Shown here one piece after another: positions 1 through 8,729 of a stretch of 47,907 bases of DNA; the first letter of the stretch is position 1; each line of letters opens with the position of its first letter. Source of the DNA: an uncultured Chryseobacterium sp. (GTDB taxonomy: Bacteria; Bacteroidota; Bacteroidia; Palsa-965); assembly GCA_964394965.1 (NCBI GenBank), contig CAYMZV010000001.1, forward strand, positions 1 to 47,907. Direction: 5' to 3'. The notes under the pieces are model-generated. The model saw only the letters and a list, made by a program, of their open reading frames with translations, ran no database searches and was not told the DNA's origin. The translations under genes were made by a program, and so were the position numbers.

Positions 1-609
1 CAACGCGCCTATTCGGAAAAGGATCTTCCCACTGGAGAAACAAAGCGTGAGTTGTATGAAACCGGTCGTGCGTTGCTCGGGGCAAATGGATATGTTGAAA
101 TCGGTCTTGATCATTTTGCGTTGCCGGGGGATGAATTGCTGAATGCTGCATTGAGTGGAAAACTGCACCGGAATTTCATGGGTTATACCGAACAGGAAAC
201 TTCGCTGTTGATTGGATTGGGCGTTTCGGCCATCAGCGATGCGGGAACACAATTTGTGCAGAATGAAAAAACCGTGGAGGAATGGAATGAGGCTGTCGAT
301 AAAAATCAATTCCCTTTTTTCCGTGGACATCAATTGACCGAAGAGGATTTGATTTTACGGAAACACATTTTGAATATCATGTGCAAGGGGGAAACGGGTT
401 GGTACAATCCTTTCGAACAATGTCCTGCAATTGATCATGCTGTTTCCCGTTTGCAGGAATTGGCGGACGACGGACTTGTGAAGTTGGATCCGTTTTCGGT
501 TTGCGTAACAGAAAAGGGAAAACCGTTCCTGAGGAATATCGGTATGTGTTTCGATGAGCGTTTGCAGCGTGCAAAACCAGGGGAGGAAATATTCAGTCGG
601 ACCGCATGA
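1..609 (+). CDS. hemN: Oxygen-independent coproporphyrinogen III oxidase (radical-SAM HemN family), C-terminal part; the 5' end lies outside the window
   Basis: Frame 1 is open from base 1 (QRAYSEKDLPTGETKRELYE precedes the first listed Met), so the gene is cut by the window edge. The sequence reads like the HemN C-terminal region (GYVEIGLDHFALPGDEL, LHRNFMGYT, LIGLGVSAIS, GKPFLRNIGMCFD). The stop overlaps the next start (ATGA at 606-609). Confidence 0.8.
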   Translation, partial: QRAYSEKDLPTGETKRELYETGRALLGANGYVEIGLDHFALPGDELLNAALSGKLHRNFMGYTEQETSLLIGLGVSAISDAGTQFVQNEKTVEEWNEAVDKNQFPFFRGHQLTEEDLILRKHILNIMCKGETGWYNPFEQCPAIDHAVSRLQELADDGLVKLDPFSVCVTEKGKPFLRNIGMCFDERLQRAKPGEEIFSRTA

Positions 610-1931
610 AAAAACCGGGTAAATCATCAACAAATACTGAAAGTTCACACTACGCGGGTATCTTTGCGGCAAACGAGCAAAACGATAGCCTTATGAAACG
701 AGATATGGAAATGCTCAACTCCCTGTTCGAATTTGCAACGGAGGGGATTGTCATTTGCAATGACAAGGGTGAAATACGCCTTGCAAATCCGGCCGCGGAA
801 AAAATGTTCGGCTATGAAAGGGATGAATTGAAGGGACAAAAAATCGAGGTTTTGATTCCAATGCGTCACCGTCAAGGACATATTTCACATCGTGACGGTT
901 ATGTGCAAAAGCCCGAGCCGCGGGTGATGGGAAGCGGTCGCGACCTGCATGGTGTGCGCAAAGACGGTTCCGAAATAAAAGTTGAAATAAGTCTCAGTCC
1001 ATTTATCACAACGGAAGGGAAATTCGTGATGAGTTTTGTGGTGGACATTTCCGAACGAAAAAGGAACGAAGTCGAATTGCGTCTTGCACATGAACGGTTG
1101 CAGCAAACCTCGGAAGCATTGTCGCTTCTCAATGCAGAGTTGGAGTCGAAAGTGCAGGCACGTACGGAAGAGTTGGCGGAAGCCATTCACAGTCTCGCTC
1201 AATCAAAACGTGAAGTGATGCGCGCACTTGAAAGGGAAAAGGAATTGAATGAATTGAAATCGCGTTTCATTACCACCGCTTCGCATGAATTCAGGACACC
1301 GCTCGGAACCATCCTTTCTTCCGTTTCGCTGATTGCCCGTTATGATACAACAGAGGATGCCGAAAAAAGGAAAAAACACATTGAACGGATAAAATCTTCC
1401 GTGAACAACCTCACTGAAATCCTCAACGATTTCCTTTCCATCGAAAAACTCGAGGAGGGAATTGTACGCTGCAATCCGGAAACATTCGATTTCAAAAAGC
1501 TGATGCACGACATGAGCGATGACATGCGCAACATTGCCAAGGCGGGGCAAACAATCACATTGGATTATTCCGGCGCATCCGAAGTTTGCCTGGATCGCCA
1601 ATTGCTGAAAAATTCAATCATCAATCTTTTTTCAAACGCAATAAAATATTCTCCCGAAAACAAACCGATTCATGTCAATGTTGAAATCGGAAATGATAAA
1701 TTGAAAATGAATATCCGGGATAACGGCATCGGCATTCCCGAAGAAGACCAGCCGAATATTTTCGAACGTTTTTATCGCGCAAAAAATTCAGGCAATATCC
1801 AAGGCACCGGTCTTGGATTGAACATTGTAAAAAAATATGTGGAGCTGATGGACGGCACGATTTCTTTCGAGAGCCGTTTCAATGAGGGAACAACATTCAC
1901 TCTGGAAATTCCAATTACCGCAAAATCATAA
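606..1931 (+). CDS. PAS-domain sensor histidine kinase (cytoplasmic; no TM segment seen)
   Basis: 441-aa ORF with a PAS-like region (FEFATEGIVICNDKGEIRLANPAAEKMFGYERDEL) and a coiled-coil linker. Kinase motifs present: H-box SHEFRTPL, N-box NLFSNAIKYSP, G1 DNGIGIP, G2 GTGLGL. The start overlaps the hemN stop. Confidence 0.9.
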   Translation: MKKPGKSSTNTESSHYAGIFAANEQNDSLMKRDMEMLNSLFEFATEGIVICNDKGEIRLANPAAEKMFGYERDELKGQKIEVLIPMRHRQGHISHRDGYVQKPEPRVMGSGRDLHGVRKDGSEIKVEISLSPFITTEGKFVMSFVVDISERKRNEVELRLAHERLQQTSEALSLLNAELESKVQARTEELAEAIHSLAQSKREVMRALEREKELNELKSRFITTASHEFRTPLGTILSSVSLIARYDTTEDAEKRKKHIERIKSSVNNLTEILNDFLSIEKLEEGIVRCNPETFDFKKLMHDMSDDMRNIAKAGQTITLDYSGASEVCLDRQLLKNSIINLFSNAIKYSPENKPIHVNVEIGNDKLKMNIRDNGIGIPEEDQPNIFERFYRAKNSGNIQGTGLGLNIVKKYVELMDGTISFESRFNEGTTFTLEIPITAKS

Positions 1932-1936
1932 CCGTC

Positions 1937-2995
1937 ATGAAAAAAATCCTGCTCATCGAGGACAACATGGAGATGCGTGAAAACGCCGCTGAGATTCTCG
2001 AGCTTGCAAAATACACGGTGTTCACCGCCGAAAATGGAAAGGAAGGCGTTCGCCTTGCACAATCCGAAAAACCCGATCTTATCATTTGCGATATCATGAT
2101 GCCCGAACTCGATGGTTACGGCGTGTTGCACATGCTTTCGAAAAATCCGGAAACATCTTCCATCCCATTTATTTTTCTCACTGCCAAAGCCGAAAAAGCC
2201 GATCACCGGAAAGGAATGTCGATGGGTGCGGACGATTACCTCACAAAACCATTCGACGACATGGAATTGCTCGGGGCTGTGGAAGTGCGCCTGAAAAAAA
2301 GCGAACAGTTGAAAGCGCAATATTCACGCAACATCGAAGGGCTCAACGAATTCCTCTCCGAAGCGCAAGAACTCGGCGATCTTGTAAAACTTTCCGATAA
2401 AAGGAAAGTGAAAACCTTCAAGAAAAAAGATGTCATTTACCAGGAAGACGCTTTTCCTGCCGGAATCTTTTTCCTCAACAAGGGCAAGGTGAAAACAAGC
2501 AAGATCAATGAGGATGGAAAAGAATTCATCACCGCGTTGATCAACGAAGGTGAATTTTTCGGTTACGGCGCATTGCTCGAGGAATTGCCTTACAGCGATA
2601 CTGCGGTTGCCCTCGAGGAATCCGAAATATGCATCATTCCGAAAGAGGATTTTTTCTCCCTGCTTTTCAATAGCCGCGAAGTGGCGAGTGCATTCATCCG
2701 GATGCTGTCGAATGATGTGAAAGACAAGGAAGACCGTTTGTTGCGTTTGGCATACAACTCCGTTCGCAAGCGTGTGGCCGAAGCGCTGTTGCTTTTGAAG
2801 GAACGTTATGAAGACGGCAAAAAAGAAGTTTTCAGCATGGCGATTTCACGCGAGGATCTTGCCAATCTCGCCGGCACCGCGCCGGAAACCGTCATCAGGA
2901 CCTTGTCGGATTTCAAGGATGAGAAATTGGTTGAAGTGAAAGGCAGCACAATCACCTTGTTGGATGCGGCGAAATTGCAGAAGATGAAAAATTAG
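1937..2995 (+). CDS. Hybrid response regulator: CheY-like receiver + cNMP-binding (Crp/Fnr-type) domain + Crp-type HTH
   Basis: 352-aa ORF starting 5 nt after the kinase stop. Receiver motifs are LLIEDN, DLIICDIMMPELDG and LTAK. A Crp-like beta-barrel follows (IFFLNKGKVK...GEFFGYGALL), then a C-terminal HTH (REDLANLAGTAPETVIRTLSDF). Confidence 0.85.
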   Translation: MKKILLIEDNMEMRENAAEILELAKYTVFTAENGKEGVRLAQSEKPDLIICDIMMPELDGYGVLHMLSKNPETSSIPFIFLTAKAEKADHRKGMSMGADDYLTKPFDDMELLGAVEVRLKKSEQLKAQYSRNIEGLNEFLSEAQELGDLVKLSDKRKVKTFKKKDVIYQEDAFPAGIFFLNKGKVKTSKINEDGKEFITALINEGEFFGYGALLEELPYSDTAVALEESEICIIPKEDFFSLLFNSREVASAFIRMLSNDVKDKEDRLLRLAYNSVRKRVAEALLLLKERYEDGKKEVFSMAISREDLANLAGTAPETVIRTLSDFKDEKLVEVKGSTITLLDAAKLQKMKN

Positions 2996-3023
2996 TTGCA
3001 GCATCATTTGTTAGAAAATTGTA

Positions 3024-3055
3024 AAATGGCTTTTCCCCACGGAAAGGCCATTTTT
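3024..3055 (+). terminator. Intrinsic terminator after the response-regulator gene
   Basis: AATGGCTTTTCC / GGAAAGGCCATT forms a 12-bp stem (one G-U pair) with loop CCAC, followed by a T run. Confidence 0.6.
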
Positions 3056-3125
3056 CGTAAGAGGGAATTTTGTTGTAAATTCACTATGCTGCAAATTACC
3101 ATTCAATTCACACAAGAAAATTTTC

Positions 3126-6100
3126 GTGAAAAAAATCTACGCACTCTTCCTCCTTGCATTTTTCTTCGGAACAATTGCAACGGCTCAGAAATTCATGAAT
3201 GAACCTGTCTTGAGCCAACGCCCTGCCGCCAAAAAAGTCACTTTCTGGGATGTGCAGAAAGCATTCGCAGATTATTGGCAAGACAAAACGCCCAGCGATA
3301 CCGAATCCGAAAACGCGGAAGACGGCGGCTACCAACAATACAAAAGGTGGGAATGGTTTGTGAAACAACGGACCTATCCGTCGGGAAATTTTCCAAGCCC
3401 CGATATTCTGTTTACGGAATACCAGCAATACAAGAATTCACCGATGCGCAATTCGCAGAACAACACGACAAGCGCCAATTGGTCGTTCATCGGACCACAC
3501 ATTGTTCCGGGCGGCGGAGGCGGTGCGGGAAGAATCAATTGCATCACATTCGATCCCACCAATTCAAACATCATCTGGATCGGTGCCGCGTGTGGAGGAT
3601 TGTGGAAATCCACCGACGGGGGAGTGACATGGAGTTCGAATACGGATTTGCTTCCCTCGTTGAGTGTTTCGGACATTGTCATTGATCCGACCAATTCACA
3701 AATCATGTATCTCGCAACGGGAGACAAATACGGTATTTATTGGCAATATGAAACTTGGGGACATTACAGCGCAGGAATCCTGAAATCAACCGATGGCGGG
3801 TTGTCTTGGAATACAACCGGCATGACTTACGTTTCATCCAACGTCACCGTCATCCAGCGATTGATCATTGATCCCAACAATACGAATATCCTTTTCGCCG
3901 CAACAAACGTCGGTGTTTTCAAGACAACCAATGGCGGAACATCCTGGAACAATTTGCGTACGGGAAAATATTACGACATCGAATTCAATCCGGGAAACGA
4001 CAACATTGTTTATACCGGTGACAGTACAGGATTCTTGCTTTCCGTGAATCAGGGAACAACCTGGAATTATGTGGCAGGCGTTACATCAACGGGAAGGACT
4101 TCCATTTCGGTTACGCCGGCAAACCCTTCTGCGGTTTATTGCTGGAGCGAAGGCGGGAATTTATATTACTCGAATAATTCCGCCACTTCATTCACTGCAC
4201 GAACGGATCCGAGCAGCGCTTCAACACCCTACGGATATTACGACATGGTGCTTGAAGTTTCTCCCGTCAATGAAAATATTTTATTCGCCGGCGGATTGAG
4301 TGTTGCAAAATCGGTTGACGGTGGCAATACGTGGACGACTGTTTCCGATTGGTCGGGGTGGCCGAATTCAAATTATGTACACGCCGACAATCACGCACAG
4401 AAATTTTTGCCGGGAAGCAACAACGTGATTTTTTCCTGCAACGATGGTGGAATTTTCAAATCAACCGATCAGGGAACTACGTGGTCCGACCTGAGCAATG
4501 GCATCGACATCAAGCAATATTACCGTCTCGGTGGATCTTTTCTAACACCGAACCTGATTTATGCCGGAGCGCAGGATAATGGAACCGATCGCGTGACGGC
4601 AATGAGTTCCGCCACGCAAGTGTACGGTGCGGATGGACAGGAAGCGTTAGTAGATTATACCGATGACAATACCGTTTTCGTTTCTTCACAGAGCGGAAAT
4701 TTTTCAAAGTCAACGGATGGCGGAGTGACATTCAACGGCCTGAGTTCTTACGGTTGCGATTGGACTTCGCCTTTGATCATGGATCCGACAAACCATGATG
4801 TGATGTGGATGGGTTCGACCGATGCGATGAAATCCATTGACAATGGAGTGACGTGGACCAATTCTTCCAACGGCGCTTTCGATGGCGGCTGTGTTTATTC
4901 ATTGGAAGTTTGTCATGGAAATCCGAATTACGTTTATGCTGCCACTTTCGGCCACATTTACAGAACCACCAACGGGGGAAATACATGGACAAACATTACG
5001 GCATCACTTCCCGTTTCTCTCGCTGCGATTACAGGAATTACAATCAGCGATCAGAATCCGGATAAGGCGTGGGTGAATTTTTCCGGATTTTCTGCGGGCA
5101 ATAAAGTTTATTATACGAATGACGGTGGCGTGACGTGGACAAATTATTCCGGAACATTGCCCAACATTCCTGCGAATTGCATCGAGTATCAGAACGCAAC
5201 AAATGATTTGCTTTATCTCGGAACCGACTTCGGCGTTTTTTATCGCGATGCTTCCATGGCGGATTGGCAACCGTACAACACCGGTTTGCCGAATGTGATT
5301 GTGGATGAATTGGAAATCAATTACGGTGTGAGCAAACTGCGCGCGGCAACTTACGGAAGGGGATTGTGGGAAAGTGATCTCGTTGTTTCCACACTGAACA
5401 ATCTGGATGCAAGTGCATTCACCATGACGTATCCTCCAGCCACCACTTGCGATACTGTCATTGCACCATCCATCAAAATCCGCAATGCAGGTATCGATAC
5501 CATTTTCAGTGTCGACTTGCATTACAAGATGGATGCACAATCGTGGCAGGTTTACAATTGGAGCGGCACACTTCCTTCATTGGCAACGGCGAATATTGTT
5601 TTGCCGACGTACACGCTCACTCCAACCACGCACACGGTAACCGCATACACGACCAATCCGAATTCATCAACGGACCAGAATCTGTACAACGACACGATCG
5701 TGCGCACATTTACGATTTTCGGAAATCCGCTTGCAACAACGGCTCCTCCAATTGTCCAGGGATTTGTGCCTGCCGCTTTTCCTCCGACGAATTGGACGCT
5801 GCAGAATTCCTCCAACTTATGGTCGCGCTCCAGTTCGGTCGGCGGTTATGGAAATTCAACGCAATCGGCGATGGCTAATTTTTACAACATCAACGGCGGC
5901 AACGACAAACTCGTTACGCAGTATGTCGATTTTTCAAATACCGTTGCGCCCATCACGTTGTATTTCGATGTTGCGTACCAGCCTTACGGACCGAGTTATT
6001 CCGATTCGCTTGTTGTTGAACTCTATTCCGATTGTCCGGGAATTCCGGAACGGATTTATGCAAAGGGAAGTTCAACGTTGGCCACTGCGCCGGCTTCCAC

Positions 6101-6536
6101 CAATGAATTTCTCTCGCCGCTGAATTCGCAATGGAGAACCGATACGATCCATCTCGATTCGTTGGCGGGAAGGCCTGCCATGGAAATCCGTTTCTGCGCC
6201 ATCAGCGGTTTTGGAAACGATTTGTATCTCGACAACATCAATCTCACTGCAAACGGTTTGGGAATACAGAATCTGCAGAATGATTTTCTCTTTTCGATTT
6301 ATCCGAATCCCGCCAACAGCAATTTCAATCTGGAAATGTCATCGCCAACCGAATCCAAAATGGAAATCGACATTTATGACATGATGGGAAATCTCGTACA
6401 GGCCAATCCCGAAAATGCGGCCGAGGGAAAAAATTATTTCACGCTTGACGTTTCCCGTTTCAGCGAAGGGATCTATCTCGTGCAGGTACGTGAAAACGGT
6501 AGTGTTAAAACACAACGAATTTCCGTCTTGAAATAA
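3126..6536 (+). CDS. Secreted BNR/Asp-box repeat protein (sialidase/GH74/sortilin-like beta-propeller) with a T9SS C-terminal sorting domain
   Basis: 1136-aa ORF with a GTG start and signal peptide MKKIYALFLLAFFFGTIATAQ. About ten Asp-box motifs are present (STDGGVTWSS, STDGGLSWNT, TTNGGTSWNN, SVDGGNTWTT, STDQGTTWSD, SIDNGVTWTN, TNDGGVTWTN and others). The C-terminus fits the T9SS sorting pattern (IYPNPANSNFNLEM...IDIYDMMGNLV...SEGIYLVQV). Confidence 0.85.
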   Translation: MKKIYALFLLAFFFGTIATAQKFMNEPVLSQRPAAKKVTFWDVQKAFADYWQDKTPSDTESENAEDGGYQQYKRWEWFVKQRTYPSGNFPSPDILFTEYQQYKNSPMRNSQNNTTSANWSFIGPHIVPGGGGGAGRINCITFDPTNSNIIWIGAACGGLWKSTDGGVTWSSNTDLLPSLSVSDIVIDPTNSQIMYLATGDKYGIYWQYETWGHYSAGILKSTDGGLSWNTTGMTYVSSNVTVIQRLIIDPNNTNILFAATNVGVFKTTNGGTSWNNLRTGKYYDIEFNPGNDNIVYTGDSTGFLLSVNQGTTWNYVAGVTSTGRTSISVTPANPSAVYCWSEGGNLYYSNNSATSFTARTDPSSASTPYGYYDMVLEVSPVNENILFAGGLSVAKSVDGGNTWTTVSDWSGWPNSNYVHADNHAQKFLPGSNNVIFSCNDGGIFKSTDQGTTWSDLSNGIDIKQYYRLGGSFLTPNLIYAGAQDNGTDRVTAMSSATQVYGADGQEALVDYTDDNTVFVSSQSGNFSKSTDGGVTFNGLSSYGCDWTSPLIMDPTNHDVMWMGSTDAMKSIDNGVTWTNSSNGAFDGGCVYSLEVCHGNPNYVYAATFGHIYRTTNGGNTWTNITASLPVSLAAITGITISDQNPDKAWVNFSGFSAGNKVYYTNDGGVTWTNYSGTLPNIPANCIEYQNATNDLLYLGTDFGVFYRDASMADWQPYNTGLPNVIVDELEINYGVSKLRAATYGRGLWESDLVVSTLNNLDASAFTMTYPPATTCDTVIAPSIKIRNAGIDTIFSVDLHYKMDAQSWQVYNWSGTLPSLATANIVLPTYTLTPTTHTVTAYTTNPNSSTDQNLYNDTIVRTFTIFGNPLATTAPPIVQGFVPAAFPPTNWTLQNSSNLWSRSSSVGGYGNSTQSAMANFYNINGGNDKLVTQYVDFSNTVAPITLYFDVAYQPYGPSYSDSLVVELYSDCPGIPERIYAKGSSTLATAPASTNEFLSPLNSQWRTDTIHLDSLAGRPAMEIRFCAISGFGNDLYLDNINLTANGLGIQNLQNDFLFSIYPNPANSNFNLEMSSPTESKMEIDIYDMMGNLVQANPENAAEGKNYFTLDVSRFSEGIYLVQVRENGSVKTQRISVLK

Positions 6537-6559
6537 AATTGATAATGACTGATTAACGG

Positions 6560-6590
6560 TGCCGAGCTGAAGTTCGGCATCGTTTTTTAT
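6560..6590 (+). terminator. Intrinsic terminator after the BNR-repeat gene
   Basis: TGCCGAGC-TGAA-GTTCGGCA hairpin followed by TCGTTTTTT. Confidence 0.6.
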
Positions 6591-6749
6591 TGGAGCGGCG
6601 AATTTGTTTTTTCTATCGGCACTTCTCCTGCCATCCGTTGCAAGTCCGTCCTCGCACATTCATCGCACTTCGGGCTTTCCACTCCTGTCAGGGCTATTCG
6701 GAAATGTTATCTTTTCTACAAACAGAAAGAATCATTCATCTGCACATCA

Positions 6750-8168
6750 TCAATCATTGATCATCAATTTCTCCGTCAGCTTCTCCTCTTTCGATTCAAC
6801 CGAGATGAAATAAAAACCCGGATCGAGTTGTGCCATCACATTCAACTGTTGCACGTTTCCCGAATTTTCCTGTTGTTCGAAAACCAATTCCCCCAACGAA
6901 GAATATATTCTCACGGTCGGGTTTTTCATCGGCTGCAAAAGTTGCACGTGGATTTCACCCGCCGTCGGGTTCGGATAAATCAGGAATGTGTTGGCGGGAG
7001 TTGGCGATTGCACCGAAAGCGTTTGGCAATTCGTCAACGGATCATTTCCGGAAGCGACAATGATCGGTGAAAACAGGTTCACCATATTCTGTAATCGCAA
7101 TTGGATATTGTCGATCGAGTGTCCATTGGAAAAACAATTGTTCATGTAGTTGTAATTGTTCACAATATCCGCTTGGTAAACCGGAGCATTGCCGCCAAGC
7201 GAAACGAAATATTGCCGGATGCCTTCACTGCCATACGCAAACGGATAGAAATAATAACTCTGGCACAGGTTCGTTTGCGCATAACATTCCCAACTTGTCC
7301 GCCCAAGGATTTGTCCGTAATTGTAATTCACCACCACATCCGATCCTTGCGCAAACAGATAAACTGCGGGTGTATCATTTTGCTGTTGAAAAATATTCCG
7401 ATCCATTACGCCACCGAAAAAATTCCCCACTCCTTTCACTTTCGCGTCATACGTTCCTATGTTCAATGTTCCATCAATGCTTCCGAGATCGGGACGTGCA
7501 AAGGAAATCGGCGACGGCACACATCCATACGTGGCCATGTCCGCATCGGGATTCGGTGCATTCGCAATGGCAAAACAATTCGTGGGCTTTTCACTCGCCT
7601 GATCGGTGAATGCAGTGGCGAGTGCAATGAATCCGCCCGCACTTTCTCCCGCAATAAAAACATTGTTCACATCACTCGAATCGATACCATTCCTGTTTTT
7701 CATGAAACGGATTGCGCCTTTCGCATCCTGCATGCCGCGGAAATTCGCACGGAAAATTTCGCTGCTGTCGCTGATGTATCCGCAGGGTGCGGAAATATTC
7801 GTGTTGCACACTGCGTACATCGTATAGTTCGCCGCCTTGTGTGTTCCCAAACGGTAATTGATATTCGCAACCACCCAACCTTTCTTGGCAAGGTTCCGCG
7901 ACAGATAAACCAAATCGACATCCGCCTTGCTTCCTGAAATCCACGCACCACCGTGCACGAGCACCATCACGGGGCGCAAACAGTTTCCATCGCCGTGCGG
8001 TTTGTAAATATCCATCACCAGTGTGTCGGTATTTCCCGCGTAGTCAATGGCGGTGCCGTAATTCACATTCAACAAGCTATCGTACGCATACACACTTTGC
8101 GTGTACGGCGTTTGCGCGCGCAGGAATGCAAAAAATAAAATCGAGAGGAGTGTAAATTTTGTTTTCAT
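6750..8168 (-). CDS. Secreted alpha/beta-hydrolase (carboxylesterase/lipase type) with a T9SS C-terminal sorting domain
   Basis: The ORF runs 6750..8207. I prefer the ATG at 8168, which gives signal peptide MKTKFTLLSILFFAFLRAQ. It has VLVHGGAWISGS and the nucleophile elbow GESAGG. The C-terminus fits the T9SS pattern (LIYPNPTAGEIHVQL...IYSSLGELV...GFYFISV). Confidence 0.8.
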   Translation of the reverse strand: MKTKFTLLSILFFAFLRAQTPYTQSVYAYDSLLNVNYGTAIDYAGNTDTLVMDIYKPHGDGNCLRPVMVLVHGGAWISGSKADVDLVYLSRNLAKKGWVVANINYRLGTHKAANYTMYAVCNTNISAPCGYISDSSEIFRANFRGMQDAKGAIRFMKNRNGIDSSDVNNVFIAGESAGGFIALATAFTDQASEKPTNCFAIANAPNPDADMATYGCVPSPISFARPDLGSIDGTLNIGTYDAKVKGVGNFFGGVMDRNIFQQQNDTPAVYLFAQGSDVVVNYNYGQILGRTSWECYAQTNLCQSYYFYPFAYGSEGIRQYFVSLGGNAPVYQADIVNNYNYMNNCFSNGHSIDNIQLRLQNMVNLFSPIIVASGNDPLTNCQTLSVQSPTPANTFLIYPNPTAGEIHVQLLQPMKNPTVRIYSSLGELVFEQQENSGNVQQLNVMAQLDPGFYFISVESKEEKLTEKLMIND

Positions 8169-8241
8169 GTTTGGGGCGATGGAGGAATGAGAAAGTAAAA
8201 ATAGCACTTAAATAAAAGCCTTCCGTTCAACTGGAGTGTGG

Positions 8242-8454
8242 TTATTCCAAAATAAACTTCCCGCAGGAAAGCGTCCCATCCTTTGAAAGGATTCTGTAAA
8301 AATAAATTCCGGTTGCCTCCTTCGAAATATCAACTGAAGTGTTTTCTGAAAAAATATTTTTTGTTTCGATAATTTTTCCAAGTGAGTTGCAGATTTCAAT
8401 TTTTTCACCTGAAAATTTGCAGGTAAAACCGCTCAACAATCCATCAATCCCCAA
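8242..8454 (-). pseudogene. Orphan fragment encoding only a T9SS C-terminal sorting domain (gene remnant)
   Basis: This 70-aa ORF matches only the last ~55 aa of a T9SS sorting domain (KIEICNSLGKIIETKNIF...VDISKEATGIYFYRILSKDGTLSCGKFILE*). There is no passenger domain or signal peptide, and tRNA-Asn plus its terminator lie directly upstream. Confidence 0.5.
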
Positions 8455-8465
8455 TCTCTTGAAAC

Positions 8466-8500
8466 AAAAAAACCACTCGCCTTAATTGCAAGTGGTTTTC
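8466..8500 (-). terminator. Intrinsic (potentially bidirectional) terminator downstream of tRNA-Asn
   Basis: AACCACT...AGTGGTT stem flanked by an A run on one side and a T run on the other. Read on the minus strand, the stem is followed by TTTTTTT. Confidence 0.55.
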
Positions 8501-8506
8501 TGTAAG

Positions 8507-8580
8507 CTCCTTCTCCTGGGCTCGAACCAGGGACCCCATGATTAACAGTCATGTGCTCTAACCAGCTGAGCTAAGAAGGA
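8507..8580 (-). tRNA. tRNA-Asn (anticodon GTT)
   Basis: The 74-nt reverse complement folds as a cloverleaf. Acceptor TCCTTCT/AGAAGGA; D arm GCTC-AGCTGGTTA-GAGC; anticodon arm CATGA-CTGTTAA-TCATG; T arm CCTGG-TTCGAGC-CCAGG; discriminator G. No CCA is encoded. Confidence 0.9.
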
Positions 8581-8702
8581 TAATATTTTCTGGTTACCGA
8601 ATAATCTAAAGAACGTTTATTCCCGCTACCCCTTTTCCGGCTTTTAGGGCTTTCCCCCCAAAAACGGGTTGCAATATTAGTCAGCATTGACGAATTATGC
8701 AA

Positions 8703-8710
8703 TACATTTG
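8703..8710 (+). promoter_or_regulatory. Candidate Bacteroidota -7 promoter box (TAnnTTTG) for the PfkB-kinase gene
   Basis: Exact TACATTTG lies 20 nt upstream of the ATG at 8730. No good -33 TTTG at canonical spacing. Confidence 0.35.
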
Positions 8711-8729
8711 CCGAAATCTTTAGAATTCT

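Noticed and set aside
6621-6629. 9-nt match (CTTCTCCTG) to the 3' end of tRNA-Asn, considered as a possible att direct repeat delimiting an island from 6.6 to 8.5 kb
   Set aside because: A 9-nt match is expected by chance in a 48-kb window on two strands, and there is no integrase or other mobility gene between the copies.
6600-6750. Noncoding stretch with the spurious ORFs 6604-6813 (+) and 6339-6659 (-), considered as an ncRNA or repeat-element remnant (CACTTCGGGCTTTCCACTCCTGTCAGGGCT)
   Set aside because: I could not derive a convincing fold or match it to the conserved cores of SRP RNA, tRNA-like or riboswitch families. A single copy in the window is insufficient evidence.
8208-8408. 66-aa ORF overlapping the orphan T9SS fragment in another frame
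   Set aside because: The alternative frame (8242-8454) gives a clear T9SS sorting-domain pattern, whereas this one has no recognisable features.
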